From Sedimentisphaerales bacterium (lineage in GTDB: Bacteria; Planctomycetota; Phycisphaerae; Sedimentisphaerales; SM23-30): 64,000 nt of DNA. Positions 49,719-59,007 of the stretch are shown here, one piece after another. Position 1 is the stretch's first letter, and every line of letters begins with the position of its first letter. The stretch lies in contig OY759675.1 of NCBI GenBank assembly GCA_963662515.1, forward strand, positions 3,303,283 through 3,367,282, read 5' to 3'. Made by a program: the position numbers and the translations under genes. Below the pieces are notes generated by a model, which made no database searches, was not told the origin of the DNA, and worked only from the letters and a program-made list of their open reading frames with translations.

Positions 49719-49926
49719 TTACTTACCTCGGCATCTCACAGGGTGCCTGATTCTTATACGCCAGAGGCCAGAAAAACTCGATCGCCTTTTCCATCACCTT
49801 CTTCAGCGATACCTTTGCTGACCAGCCTTAAACAGTTTATCACACACCGCACTGAGACCAGAACCTTCTTGACTTGGCTGTGCTGATAGTGAACCGAAAA
49901 TGCTGATTCTACATACAATCTACACC

Positions 49927-50295
49927 TCACTCCGCCAGCACCAGCAAAAAAAAATCTCCCCATATCCTTGTTGGAACCGCCATGCCAAATAACTCTGTAA
50001 TCCGACGCAACTGATTTAAAACTTTATTATTAAAACTATTATAAGGTAATTCAATCACCCCTATGGTGTACCGTACTTCTTTTATCTTATAGCCACAATC
50101 TTCCAATATTGCCACGGGCTGTTTTAGGGACATAATGATGAATATGCCCCACCGCTTCCCTGACATTCAGGAACGATCTATACTTAATCACATTCCATAC
50201 CACTAGTTCAAGGGGAACATGAAATACCTTATTTTTACCTATACACTTCAGCTTCCTTAAATAATCAAAATCATTCTCAACAGGCTCTAATACAC
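49927..50295 (-). pseudogene. 5'-deleted, frameshifted SAM methyltransferase remnant
   Basis: VLEPVENDFDYL..FHVPLEL..VGHIHHYVPKTA, then one extra base at 50116-50118, continuing VAILEDCGYKI..LLVLAE*. Confidence 0.7.
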
Positions 50296-51251
50296 CCTCT
50301 CTTCTCCGCCACCACCAACTGCAAGATATCATCCAGACCAGTCTCGGGCACATAGTTAATCTGCTCTCGCAGCCGATCTACGCATGGAACTCGACGCATC
50401 ATATCGTCGAAATCTCGACCGTAGGCTTGCTCGTAGCTTATATATTCCTTGCCCGCATTACTGCCGGTCATAGCCAGAACCTTATCGGCCAGCCCATCAA
50501 TGCTTATCTCATTGGTACTGCCAACATTATACACCCGGCCAGGAGCTGTCGGCGAAACTGCCAAGCGCCTTACCGACTCAATTGCATCGCCTACAAAACC
50601 AAAACAACGGCATTGCTCACCTGTACCATAAATTGTTATTTTATCACCCTTTAACGCCTGCTCTACAAATCTTGGTATTACCATGCCATACTGCCCGGTC
50701 TGTCGTGGACCTACCGTATTGAAGAACCGCACTATTATTACCGGAAGACCATACTGATAAAAATAAGCCAACCCCAGAAACTCATCTATCGCCTTACTAC
50801 AGGCATAAGACCAGCGGCTAAATCTGGTACTACCAAGTACCGTATCATCATCTTCTCTGAATGGCACCTTTTCCGATTTACCATATACTTCGCTGGTCGA
50901 GGCCAGGATAATCTTCTTACGATATTTGTTGGCCATTTCCAGTACAACTTCTGTACCGTGAATATTAGTCTCTATCGTACGAACCGGCTCATCAACAATA
51001 AGCTGCACGCCTACCGCAGCGGCCAAATGGTAAATAATATCACACTTTTCCACCAGCACATTCATAGTGCCGGCATTTCTCACATCGTCCAGTACAAATT
51101 GCAGGGCCTTATGACCAACTATGCCTGCTATATTTTTCATACTGCCAGTTGACAAATCATCAACTATGATAACCTCATGGCCATCGCCTAAAAGCGACTC
51201 AGCCAGATGGGAACCTATAAAACCCGCACCGCCTGTTATTAACGCCTTCAA
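50277..51251 (-). CDS. NAD-dependent nucleotide-sugar epimerase/dehydratase (extended SDR)
   Basis: TGGAGFIGSH, STSEVYG, YACSK, RFFNTVGPRQ. Confidence 0.9.
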   Translation of the reverse strand: MKALITGGAGFIGSHLAESLLGDGHEVIIVDDLSTGSMKNIAGIVGHKALQFVLDDVRNAGTMNVLVEKCDIIYHLAAAVGVQLIVDEPVRTIETNIHGTEVVLEMANKYRKKIILASTSEVYGKSEKVPFREDDDTVLGSTRFSRWSYACSKAIDEFLGLAYFYQYGLPVIIVRFFNTVGPRQTGQYGMVIPRFVEQALKGDKITIYGTGEQCRCFGFVGDAIESVRRLAVSPTAPGRVYNVGSTNEISIDGLADKVLAMTGSNAGKEYISYEQAYGRDFDDMMRRVPCVDRLREQINYVPETGLDDILQLVVAEKRGCIRAC

Positions 51252-51634
51252 CTATTACCTCTTGAAATTAAACAACTTATGTCAAAACAGCCTTTACACC
51301 AACTATACGAATACAAACTCCGTCCCCGTCGGTTGCAAAACCGTTTGTAAGCCCCGCAGCTTCGGATAATTAATGAATAAAAAAGACTAGCTACAGACTG
51401 TTACAATCGAAGTTATCGGTAGTTCCTATAATTACAGTTTAATTTTTTGACATTTACAACTACTTGAGATAAACTTTCAACTGTTGTTTATATAATAGAT
51501 TAGAAAAAATAGATCACAAACAGGCAGACAGCCCCGGCTTTTTTAAAATTGCAATTATGTTTCGCTGTCAAAATCAGCCATAGCCAGTCAAACGCTATTA
51601 GCCTGTTAATGACGGGCCAGTTATTTCAGCATGG

Positions 51635-52417
51635 ATGCGTAATATGTTTTTAATTCCGATAGAGGCTATATTTGAGCGAATGCCAGTGTTTGCTCTGGTT
51701 CTCTTCCGGGTTTCCGGCCTGGCGATGTTCGACCCGTTACTTGGCCTGTCTTCTGTTCCGCCCATGATCAGGGCCTTATTCCTTTTTGTTGTTTCGCTGG
51801 CCCTCTGGCCCTTAGTGCCCGGCATGGTCTATGAGCCGGCGGGCTGGGTTGATATGGCAATTGCCGTCGCTGCTGAAATGAGTATTGGCATAACCATGGG
51901 ACTTATACTCACTTTCGTGACCACCGGCATAAAGATCGGAGCCGAACTGATCAGTCAGCAGATGGGCCTGAGCATGTCTGACATGGTTGACCCGGTCTCT
52001 GGCGAAAGCTCAACATTATTACAGGAATACTATAACCTGCTGCTCACCGCCTTTTATGTACTTATTAATGGACACCTTATCCTTATAAGAACCCTGGCCG
52101 ATACATTTAAACAGATACCGCTGGGCACACCTTTAAATACAGAGCCCATTTTGACAACTCTGGTCAATGTGCTTACTGTTGCCTTTCAGGCGGGTATCAG
52201 ATTAGCCGGTCCGGCTTTAGTAGCCGTTTTTCTGGCTACCCTGGCCCTGGGACTCATCTCACGGACTATGCCTCAGTTGAACATTCTTGCCGCCGGGTTT
52301 CCCATCAGGATTATCTTGACAATGTTTGTAATGATAACCTCACTGGGAGCGGGATTCTATATCTTTAATGAATATATTGTCTTTGCCTTTAATGAGATAG
52401 GGGGATTATTCCAGTAG
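51635..52417 (+). CDS. fliR: Flagellar export protein FliR
   Basis: GAELISQQMGL, DP, INGHL, SRTMPQLNI..GFPI. Confidence 0.95.
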   Translation: MRNMFLIPIEAIFERMPVFALVLFRVSGLAMFDPLLGLSSVPPMIRALFLFVVSLALWPLVPGMVYEPAGWVDMAIAVAAEMSIGITMGLILTFVTTGIKIGAELISQQMGLSMSDMVDPVSGESSTLLQEYYNLLLTAFYVLINGHLILIRTLADTFKQIPLGTPLNTEPILTTLVNVLTVAFQAGIRLAGPALVAVFLATLALGLISRTMPQLNILAAGFPIRIILTMFVMITSLGAGFYIFNEYIVFAFNEIGGLFQ

Positions 52418-52556
52418 GTAGGTCAAGCATCCCTGCTTGACATCAAAAGACTCAATAATGAAAAATACAGGCAATTGCCAACGGAATGCGAAATAAACAC
52501 AAGTAACCTTTAAAATCGGAAATGAATTAAATCTCAAGCAGGGATGCTTGAGCTAC
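52418..52556. repeat. Inverted GTAG-type REP doublet (REPIN-like)
   Basis: GTAG-GTCAAGCA-TCCC-TGCTTGAC (52418-52441, +) and GTAG-CTCAAGCA-TCCC-TGCTTGAG (52556-52533, -). Confidence 0.8.
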
Positions 52557-52560
52557 CATC

Positions 52561-53709
52561 ATGGCAGAAGATATGGGAGACAAAACAGAGGCCCCTACCC
52601 CGCGACGGCTGGAGGAGGCCCGCGAAAAAGGGCAGGTTGCCAAGAGCATGGACCTTAGCGCCGCTGTTGGCCTGCTGGCCGGCCTTATCGCTCTCAATAG
52701 CTATGGTTCTTTGATCACCGAAAAGTTCATCGATATGTTCCAATGGTCATTGGCTGTGGATTTGTCTGTTACCAATGCTAACGATCTGCTGGAAGAAAGC
52801 CGTATAGTAGTGATCCGAAACACTCTTGCCATTCTGGGGCCGATCTTCGTTGTCCTTTTTGTCTGCTCTTTAGTTGTTAATGTTCTTCAGGTTGGCTTTA
52901 TACTCACAGGCAAGCCCCTGACTCCCTCATTTGAAAAGATATCGCCGATAAGCGGCTTTAAGCGGATATTTTCCAGCCGCAGCCTGGTAAAGACCATTCT
53001 TTCACTGGCGAAGATAGGTATAATCGGTCTGGTCGCCGGTCAGACCATAACCGAGCAGATGGACACTATTGTTTCTCTTTCTGGCCTGGACTTCATAAAA
53101 ATAATGGCCGCCGGGGGCAGTATGACCTTCACTCTGGGCGTACGCATCTGCCTGATTTTGCTGGTACTGGCCTTAATTGATTATGCCTACCAGAAATTCA
53201 AGCACCATGAAGACCTGAAAATGAGCAAAGAAGAGGTCAAAGAAGAGATGAAACGCATGGAAGGCGACCCTTACATGCGTCAGCGCCGCCGGAGCGTGGC
53301 TCGTCAGCTGGCCTCTCAGAGAATGGCTCAGGCAGTACCCAAGGCCGATGTGATAATTACCAATCCCACCGAACTGGCCCTGGCCCTCAAATATGACCCG
53401 GAAAACATGCCCGCCCCCAAACTCGTGGCCAAAGGCTCAGGATATATGGCCCAGCGGATCAGGCGTATTGCTCTTGACGCCGGCGTGCCGATAGTCGAAC
53501 GCAAACCGCTGGCCCGTGCACTCTTCAAAAGCTGTGAGGTCGGCGATTATATACCGCCTGATATGTATAAAGCCGTAGCTGAAGTGCTGGCCTATGTCTT
53601 CGAACTGAACGAAAAAGGATTCAAAAAGAAAACAGCCACCACCCGTAAAACCGAACTGACTGACCACCAAACCGCCGATGACTTCATGGCAAACTTCTCT
53701 GAGAACTGA
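52561..53709 (+). CDS. flhB: Flagellar export protein FlhB
   Basis: KTEAPTPRRL..AREKGQV, KMSKEEVKEE..EGDP, ITNPTE, LARAL. Confidence 0.95.
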   Translation: MAEDMGDKTEAPTPRRLEEAREKGQVAKSMDLSAAVGLLAGLIALNSYGSLITEKFIDMFQWSLAVDLSVTNANDLLEESRIVVIRNTLAILGPIFVVLFVCSLVVNVLQVGFILTGKPLTPSFEKISPISGFKRIFSSRSLVKTILSLAKIGIIGLVAGQTITEQMDTIVSLSGLDFIKIMAAGGSMTFTLGVRICLILLVLALIDYAYQKFKHHEDLKMSKEEVKEEMKRMEGDPYMRQRRRSVARQLASQRMAQAVPKADVIITNPTELALALKYDPENMPAPKLVAKGSGYMAQRIRRIALDAGVPIVERKPLARALFKSCEVGDYIPPDMYKAVAEVLAYVFELNEKGFKKKTATTRKTELTDHQTADDFMANFSEN

Positions 53710-53721
53710 TGACAGTGCGTA

Positions 53722-54383
53722 TTTTTTTAACCACTAAGCACACTAAAGACACGAATAAGTAAGAGTTCAGCGTTTACGCCTTAAGAGTTTCCCGAAGTAC
53801 ATCGGGATTAATCAACCCATGAGCGCAGCGAATACAATATAATATTTTTTTACCGTGGTGGAAGGTAGGTCGAGCAGTTGAGGTATTCCGAAATCCCGAA
53901 CTGGCTTCGGGGCTTGACATTATATTTAATATCTCTTTACCATCCGCCGGTGGCGGATATTATTCAGGTAGTGGAGTTAGTGGAGGTGCTGGAGTTTATC
54001 CCGAACTCGCTTCGGGGCCGGGCGGGCAAAACTTAAAACTAACTACTAATAACTTCTCCAGCTATGATTTCCAGAATTGAGTGGATGAAATATTTCTTCG
54101 CCGCGTCCATCTCGTCCATCGCTCTTACTCTTTGTCTATAACATCTATATGTCCATAGCGTCCATAAAGCGGCATTTTCTTTTATTCAACGCAAGGACGC
54201 AAAGAGAATATTTTCACCATGAAGTTTAGAAGGTCATGAAGTTATATACCTTCCCTTCAACACCTCCATGCCCTTCATGGTTAACATTCTTAATCTTTAT
54301 CACATTTATTCAAAACACCTCTTTCAAAGCATTATAACGCTATTAAGAACTTCTTAGAATTGAAATCGGTGTCGGACACCTTT
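53722..54383. repeat. Mosaic of short palindromes and 7-9 bp periodic repeats
   Basis: At least ten separate short elements; detailed in findings. Confidence 0.75.
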
Positions 54384-54392
54384 AGTTCCCCC

Positions 54393-55066
54393 TTACGGGA
54401 AATATTGCCTGTTTTTCAGATAATAACTGCCCGTTTCCGCATCATAAATATAACCATTCCAAAGAACATTCAGCCCGGCAATATCGCCAGCTATAGCCGG
54501 CACACCCCACGGGTCATAACTTACCGACGCAAATATTGTACCAGAATTATCCAGCAAAGCAACCACAGATTTATCCTTGTCAGTCACGACAAACCGGTCA
54601 TCGGCAGCTCCGACACGATCTACAAATACCAGCTCGCCATTACCGCCCCAGACATAATTGCGTACCAAGGCCGGGTCATCGTAAAGCCCCTTCTCATACT
54701 CGGAAACCAGATTACCAAAGCTATCCCAGATACTGTAGGTATCCTTCGAAGCGTTAGCAGCCACCCGCAAAGCCCGGCGACCCTGGGCATCATATTCATA
54801 ATAGCAAATTGTATCATTGAATAAAGGAGTGTTAGGTCTGGGCATAGCCCGGCGAGCCTGCCCGTAATACTCAATCTCACCGGTCATATTATAATTAAAG
54901 TTAACCGCCCTTAATCTGAAGTCATTATCCAGATAATAACCATTATTAGGCCAGTCACTGAAAGTATCGACAGGTCGGCCAAAGAGCTCCCTTCACTTAT
55001 TATTACAAGCGTGAGAACAGTTACTGGTACGGTCACCACCATAACTGTCTTTAATCTTGAAATATT
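54393..55066 (-). pseudogene. RHS/YD-repeat protein remnant truncated inside the RHS core motif
   Basis: YEYDAQGRR, WDSFGNL, SYDPWG, WNGYIYDAETGSYYLKNRQYFP*; the same frame extends upstream of 54887 through an in-frame TGA near 54993. Confidence 0.8.
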
Positions 55067-55148
55067 TACAGATGCCGCATAAAATAATTGAACAGAAAAA
55101 AGACAATTATCAGCAGAATATGCATAGAATTACAGAGAGGGAAAAAAT

Positions 55149-55535
55149 ATGATCAGACTGGAGCACATTGCTATCTGGGTGGCAGATCTGGAGAAGATGC
55201 GTAATTTCTATTGCGAATATTTTCAGGCGGCCGCATCTGCTAAATACATCAACCCGAAAACAAAGTTTGAATCGTACTTTCTCTCATTTGCACGAGGCGG
55301 TCGGCTGGAAATAATGTACCGCCCTGACATCGCAGCAGACAGCGACAAACAGGAGCGAACCGGCCTGGCTCATTTTTCCATTTCAACCGGAAGCACAAGC
55401 GAGGTTGACTCACTTACCGAAAAATTGAGACAGAACGGCTATAGAGTTATCAGCGGCCCGCGCACAACCGGCGATGGCTATTACGAAAGCATGATACTGG
55501 ACCCGGAAAATAATCGGCTCGAGCTAACCGTTTAA
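55149..55535 (+). CDS. VOC/glyoxalase family protein
   Basis: EHIAIWVADLE, GPRTTGDGYYES..DPENN. Confidence 0.9.
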   Translation: MIRLEHIAIWVADLEKMRNFYCEYFQAAASAKYINPKTKFESYFLSFARGGRLEIMYRPDIAADSDKQERTGLAHFSISTGSTSEVDSLTEKLRQNGYRVISGPRTTGDGYYESMILDPENNRLELTV

Positions 55536-55551
55536 GCCTCAGTGACCCGGG

Positions 55552-56013
55552 TCATTTAATCATTACGATCATAGCGAGTTCGACCGCGGCATTGAGAGGC
55601 AGCTCACTGACACCAACAGCAGTACGGGCATGTCGGCCAGCCTCACCAAAAATTTCCTGAAGCAGATCAGAAGCACCATTGGCAACCTTGGCCTGATCGG
55701 TAAACCCGGCATAACTATTAACAAAAACCTCAACCTTTACAACACTTTCTATAGTATCGAGAGTGCCGAGACTGGCCTTTAGCTGACTCAAAGCATTGAT
55801 AAGACACAGCCGGGCGGCCTGTACAGCCTGATCCAGAGTCAGGTCGTGGGGAACTTTGCCGGTATAAAGCACCTTACCTTCTCTTGAGGGCAACTGACCA
55901 GAGAGAAAGAGCATTTTACCCGCAGCAGAAACGGGCAGGTAGCTGCCCACCGCAGCGGCTGGTTCTGGTATTACTATTCCCAGATCATCGAGTTTTTTAT
56001 TTATATCTGACAT
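55552..56013 (-). CDS. RidA/YjgF family protein
   Basis: SGQLP, VANGASDLL, HARTAVGV..LPLNAAVE. Confidence 0.9.
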   Translation of the reverse strand: MSDINKKLDDLGIVIPEPAAAVGSYLPVSAAGKMLFLSGQLPSREGKVLYTGKVPHDLTLDQAVQAARLCLINALSQLKASLGTLDTIESVVKVEVFVNSYAGFTDQAKVANGASDLLQEIFGEAGRHARTAVGVSELPLNAAVELAMIVMIK

Positions 56014-56261
56014 TTTAACCTCTTATTTTATACTATCTTAATACCAACTGCATTTGAGATGGCTATAATTTCAATGAGTAACGATATTAACTGTAATCTG
56101 GAACAATAGCAAGCATCTTTGAAGTTTAAAGTGATGGGGCCGACCCTTAATGCCGATATAAAACCATGGCTGATAAAGCGTTACGACAGCCATAACAACT
56201 GATTGGCAACCCCATTTGCTTTGCAATAACCATAACTCATTACAAACTTGGGAGATAAGGC

Positions 56262-57140
56262 ATGAAAGGCATTATTTTAGCAGGCGGCAGCGGCACCCGG
56301 CTCCACCCGATGACCCATTCGGTAAGTAAGCAGATATTACCCATTTACGATAAACCCATGATCTACTACCCGCTATGCACTATGATGCTGGCTGGTATTC
56401 GCGAGCTGCTGATAATATCGACCCCGCGAGATCTGCCGGTTTTTCGCGACCTGATGGGCGATGGCAGCCAATGGGGCATTTCGCTGGAATACGCCGTACA
56501 GCCAAATCCCGAAGGCCTGGCCCAGGCTTTTATCATCGGAAAAGAGTTTATAAATGGCGGACCTGCCAGCATGATCCTGGGTGACAATATATTTTACGGC
56601 CATGGCCTGGCCGGCTCCCTGACCCAGGCCAGTGAGATAACCAAAGGTGCAAAAATATTTGGCTATTGGGTAAGCGATCCGGAAAGATACGGCGTGATCG
56701 AATTTGCCAAAGATGGCAAAGTACTCAGCGTAGAAGAAAAACCCCAGAAGCCCAAAAGCAACTATGCGGCAGTAGGTCTTTATTTTTATGACAATAAGAT
56801 AACCGATATCGCCGCTTCTATAAAACCATCAGCCCGGGGCGAACTGGAAATAACCGATGTTAATCGTAAATACCTGGAACTGGGCGAATTATCAGTTGGT
56901 CTGCTGGGTCGCGGCACAGCCTGGCTCGACACGGGCACACCCGATTCAATGCTCCAGGCGGCCAGTTTCGTCTCAACCGTCCAGCAAAGACAGGGCCTGA
57001 TGATCTGCTGCCCGGAAGAAGTGGCATATACTAAAAAGTACATTGATGCCGAACAGGTACTGAGATTAGCTCAGGACCTGAAAAAGAATCAATACGGCCA
57101 ATATCTCATCTCGCTGGTAAAAGATGGTATCCACATGTAA
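56262..57140 (+). CDS. rfbA: Glucose-1-phosphate thymidylyltransferase
   Basis: [43 protein letters not shown]. Confidence 0.97.
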   Translation: MKGIILAGGSGTRLHPMTHSVSKQILPIYDKPMIYYPLCTMMLAGIRELLIISTPRDLPVFRDLMGDGSQWGISLEYAVQPNPEGLAQAFIIGKEFINGGPASMILGDNIFYGHGLAGSLTQASEITKGAKIFGYWVSDPERYGVIEFAKDGKVLSVEEKPQKPKSNYAAVGLYFYDNKITDIAASIKPSARGELEITDVNRKYLELGELSVGLLGRGTAWLDTGTPDSMLQAASFVSTVQQRQGLMICCPEEVAYTKKYIDAEQVLRLAQDLKKNQYGQYLISLVKDGIHM

Positions 57141-57199
57141 CCCAGAATAACTGGGGAAGGGTTAATGGCCAAAAAAACTGGAGAGACTTATTTAAAAAT

Positions 57200-57238
57200 A
57201 AAAAAGCCTGCCGTCTTTAAGAACTGGCAGGCTTTTTT
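57200..57238. terminator. Bidirectional terminator (rfbA / tRNA-Tyr)
   Basis: aaaaaagcctgcc / ggcaggctttttt. Confidence 0.8.
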
Positions 57239-57242
57239 AACA

Positions 57243-57325
57243 TGGGCAGAGAAGGATTCGAACCTTCGTAGGCTCACGCCAACGGGTTTACAGCCCGTCC
57301 CCTTTAGCCACTCGGGCATCTACCC
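57243..57325 (-). tRNA. tRNA-Tyr(GTA)
   Basis: GGGTAGATGCCCGAGTGG..ACGGG-CTGTAAA-CCCGT, long variable arm, GGTTCGAATCC; promoter TTGCCA-N17-TATAAT at 57385-57413. Confidence 0.95.
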
Positions 57326-57492
57326 AAAAAAGGGGAAACTTCAATGGTTCAGGGCCAAGGCCCTAACCTGAATCGAAGACACGAATTATATCACAATTAT
57401 TTCAGGCTGGCAAGTTTATAATCAGTCTTTTTTCTTATTTTTTTGTCTAAATTAAGACAATATTACCTGTCTGGACCTCAGAGGCAATTCCT

Positions 57493-58062
57493 TTATGACT
57501 TATCTTTGGTATCATTCTTAGTAGCTATACCTGCCTTAATATCAGCCAGAAGCATTGGTATTACCAACAAAGGCACTCCGACACAGAGCAAAGAATCGGC
57601 AACATTAAAGGTGGGCCAGGGGTCAGCGGGCCAGAAATGTAAGTTAACTTCAATAAAATCAATTACGAACCCATTATTGAATAAACGATCATAAATATTT
57701 CCCATAGCCCCGGCCAGGATCATGCCACAGGCCAGATGGCAATGCCATGCCTTGCGGGGACTACTGGCGAAAATTGCCATAACAAAACATACAGCAACAA
57801 AAGACACAGCCAATAAAAAGGCTGTCTGACTGGCGAATGCACCCCAAACGGCCCCGGGATTAAACACCGTAGAAAACCTGAGATAATTTTCAATAACAAC
57901 AACCTCCTGACCAGAACCTGGCAGGCCCAGTCGGTCAAGAGTCCATATTTTAGTCAGTCTGTCAGCAGTAAACCCGGCAATAAAAACCGGCCAGAGGAGC
58001 AAATGAGCCCTTAAGGCAGATAAAGAGCCGGAGATGAGCATTTTTTGAAGAAAGTTATACAC
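57493..58062 (-). CDS. lspA: Lipoprotein signal peptidase II
   Basis: DRLTK, NPGAVWG, GAMGNIYDR, VIDFI, WPTFNVADS. Confidence 0.95.
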   Translation of the reverse strand: MYNFLQKMLISGSLSALRAHLLLWPVFIAGFTADRLTKIWTLDRLGLPGSGQEVVVIENYLRFSTVFNPGAVWGAFASQTAFLLAVSFVAVCFVMAIFASSPRKAWHCHLACGMILAGAMGNIYDRLFNNGFVIDFIEVNLHFWPADPWPTFNVADSLLCVGVPLLVIPMLLADIKAGIATKNDTKDKS

Positions 58063-58099
58063 TAGCGTACTCTAAAACTATACAAAATGGTAATTTAAG

Positions 58100-58136
58100 A
58101 AAAAAGCACCGCCGGTTTATAATATCCTGACGGTGC
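58100..58136 (-). terminator. Terminator after dksA
   Basis: Minus strand gcaccgtcagg..ccggcggtgc followed by T6. Confidence 0.65.
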
Positions 58137-58173
58137 ATTTATATCAAGGGAAATAGCATCTAAGACAAAATTA

Positions 58174-58812
58174 TCAATCAGCATCAATGTCCAGATCGAT
58201 ATCGATATCGATATCATCGCGATCCTCACGATCTTCGATATCATCATCATGATAATCATCAACATCTTCTCTTTCGCGATCAGAATCATCATCGTCGTCG
58301 CGTTGGGAATCAGCGGAAGTCTTTTCCTTGCCTTCGCCCGGCTCGTTAACGAGTCCTTTTTCGAGCATAGTGCGGAACTCTATGGTATAACGGGCATAGG
58401 GCTTGGCATTAAGTCTGGCTCTGGTTATTTGTTTGCCAGTACCTTCACAGATGCCATAATCTCCATCAACGAACTTACGCAGGGCACGGTCGATCTCCAG
58501 AAGCATTTTACGCTCAGAATCCATTAGACCCAAAGTAAATTCCTGCTCATAATTATCAGTTCCTATGTCAGCCATATGAACTGGCATAGTCGAAAGTTCA
58601 CCACTGGAATTTTTATCAAAGGCACCACTTTCCATCTTATTCATATCACCAAGCAGGTCTTTGCGAAGCATAAGAAGTTTCTCCCTATATGCTTCTAACT
58701 CCTTTTGGGTCAAAGGTTTTTCCTGCACTCCGGCAGCAACATCCTTTTTGCGTCTAACCCTGACAGGTCCCTGCTTTTTTTTCTCTAATGCCATAATGTG
58801 ATTTCCATACAA
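58174..58812 (-). CDS. dksA: DksA/TraR family regulator, zinc finger degenerate, acidic tail
   Basis: HMADIGTD, EIDRAL, YGICEGTG..RLNAKPYAR; start may be 58794. Confidence 0.85.
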   Translation of the reverse strand: MYGNHIMALEKKKQGPVRVRRKKDVAAGVQEKPLTQKELEAYREKLLMLRKDLLGDMNKMESGAFDKNSSGELSTMPVHMADIGTDNYEQEFTLGLMDSERKMLLEIDRALRKFVDGDYGICEGTGKQITRARLNAKPYARYTIEFRTMLEKGLVNEPGEGKEKTSADSQRDDDDDSDREREDVDDYHDDDIEDREDRDDIDIDIDLDIDAD

Positions 58813-59007
58813 TATACGGTTCTAAACAAACCGGTATCAACTAAAAAACAACTTTTGCAAGAGTATAGAACATTAATCAATCAGGTCAAGATAATTTTTC
58901 TATAACTCGGTCTAATAACTGAACTAACAGGAATTTAAACATAAAAACCCCATCAGCTGCCCCAAACAGCCTTCTTTTTCTTGTTAAAAATAACAAGTCG
59001 GGAATGA

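Noticed and set aside
53361-53372. FlhB NPTE instead of NPTH
   Set aside because: The autocleavage Asn-Pro is intact; a minor variant
53722-54383. Possible CRISPR array
   Set aside because: No constant repeat with regular unique spacers and no cas genes
57165-57371. 68-aa ORF after rfbA
   Set aside because: Overlaps a terminator and tRNA-Tyr on the opposite strand
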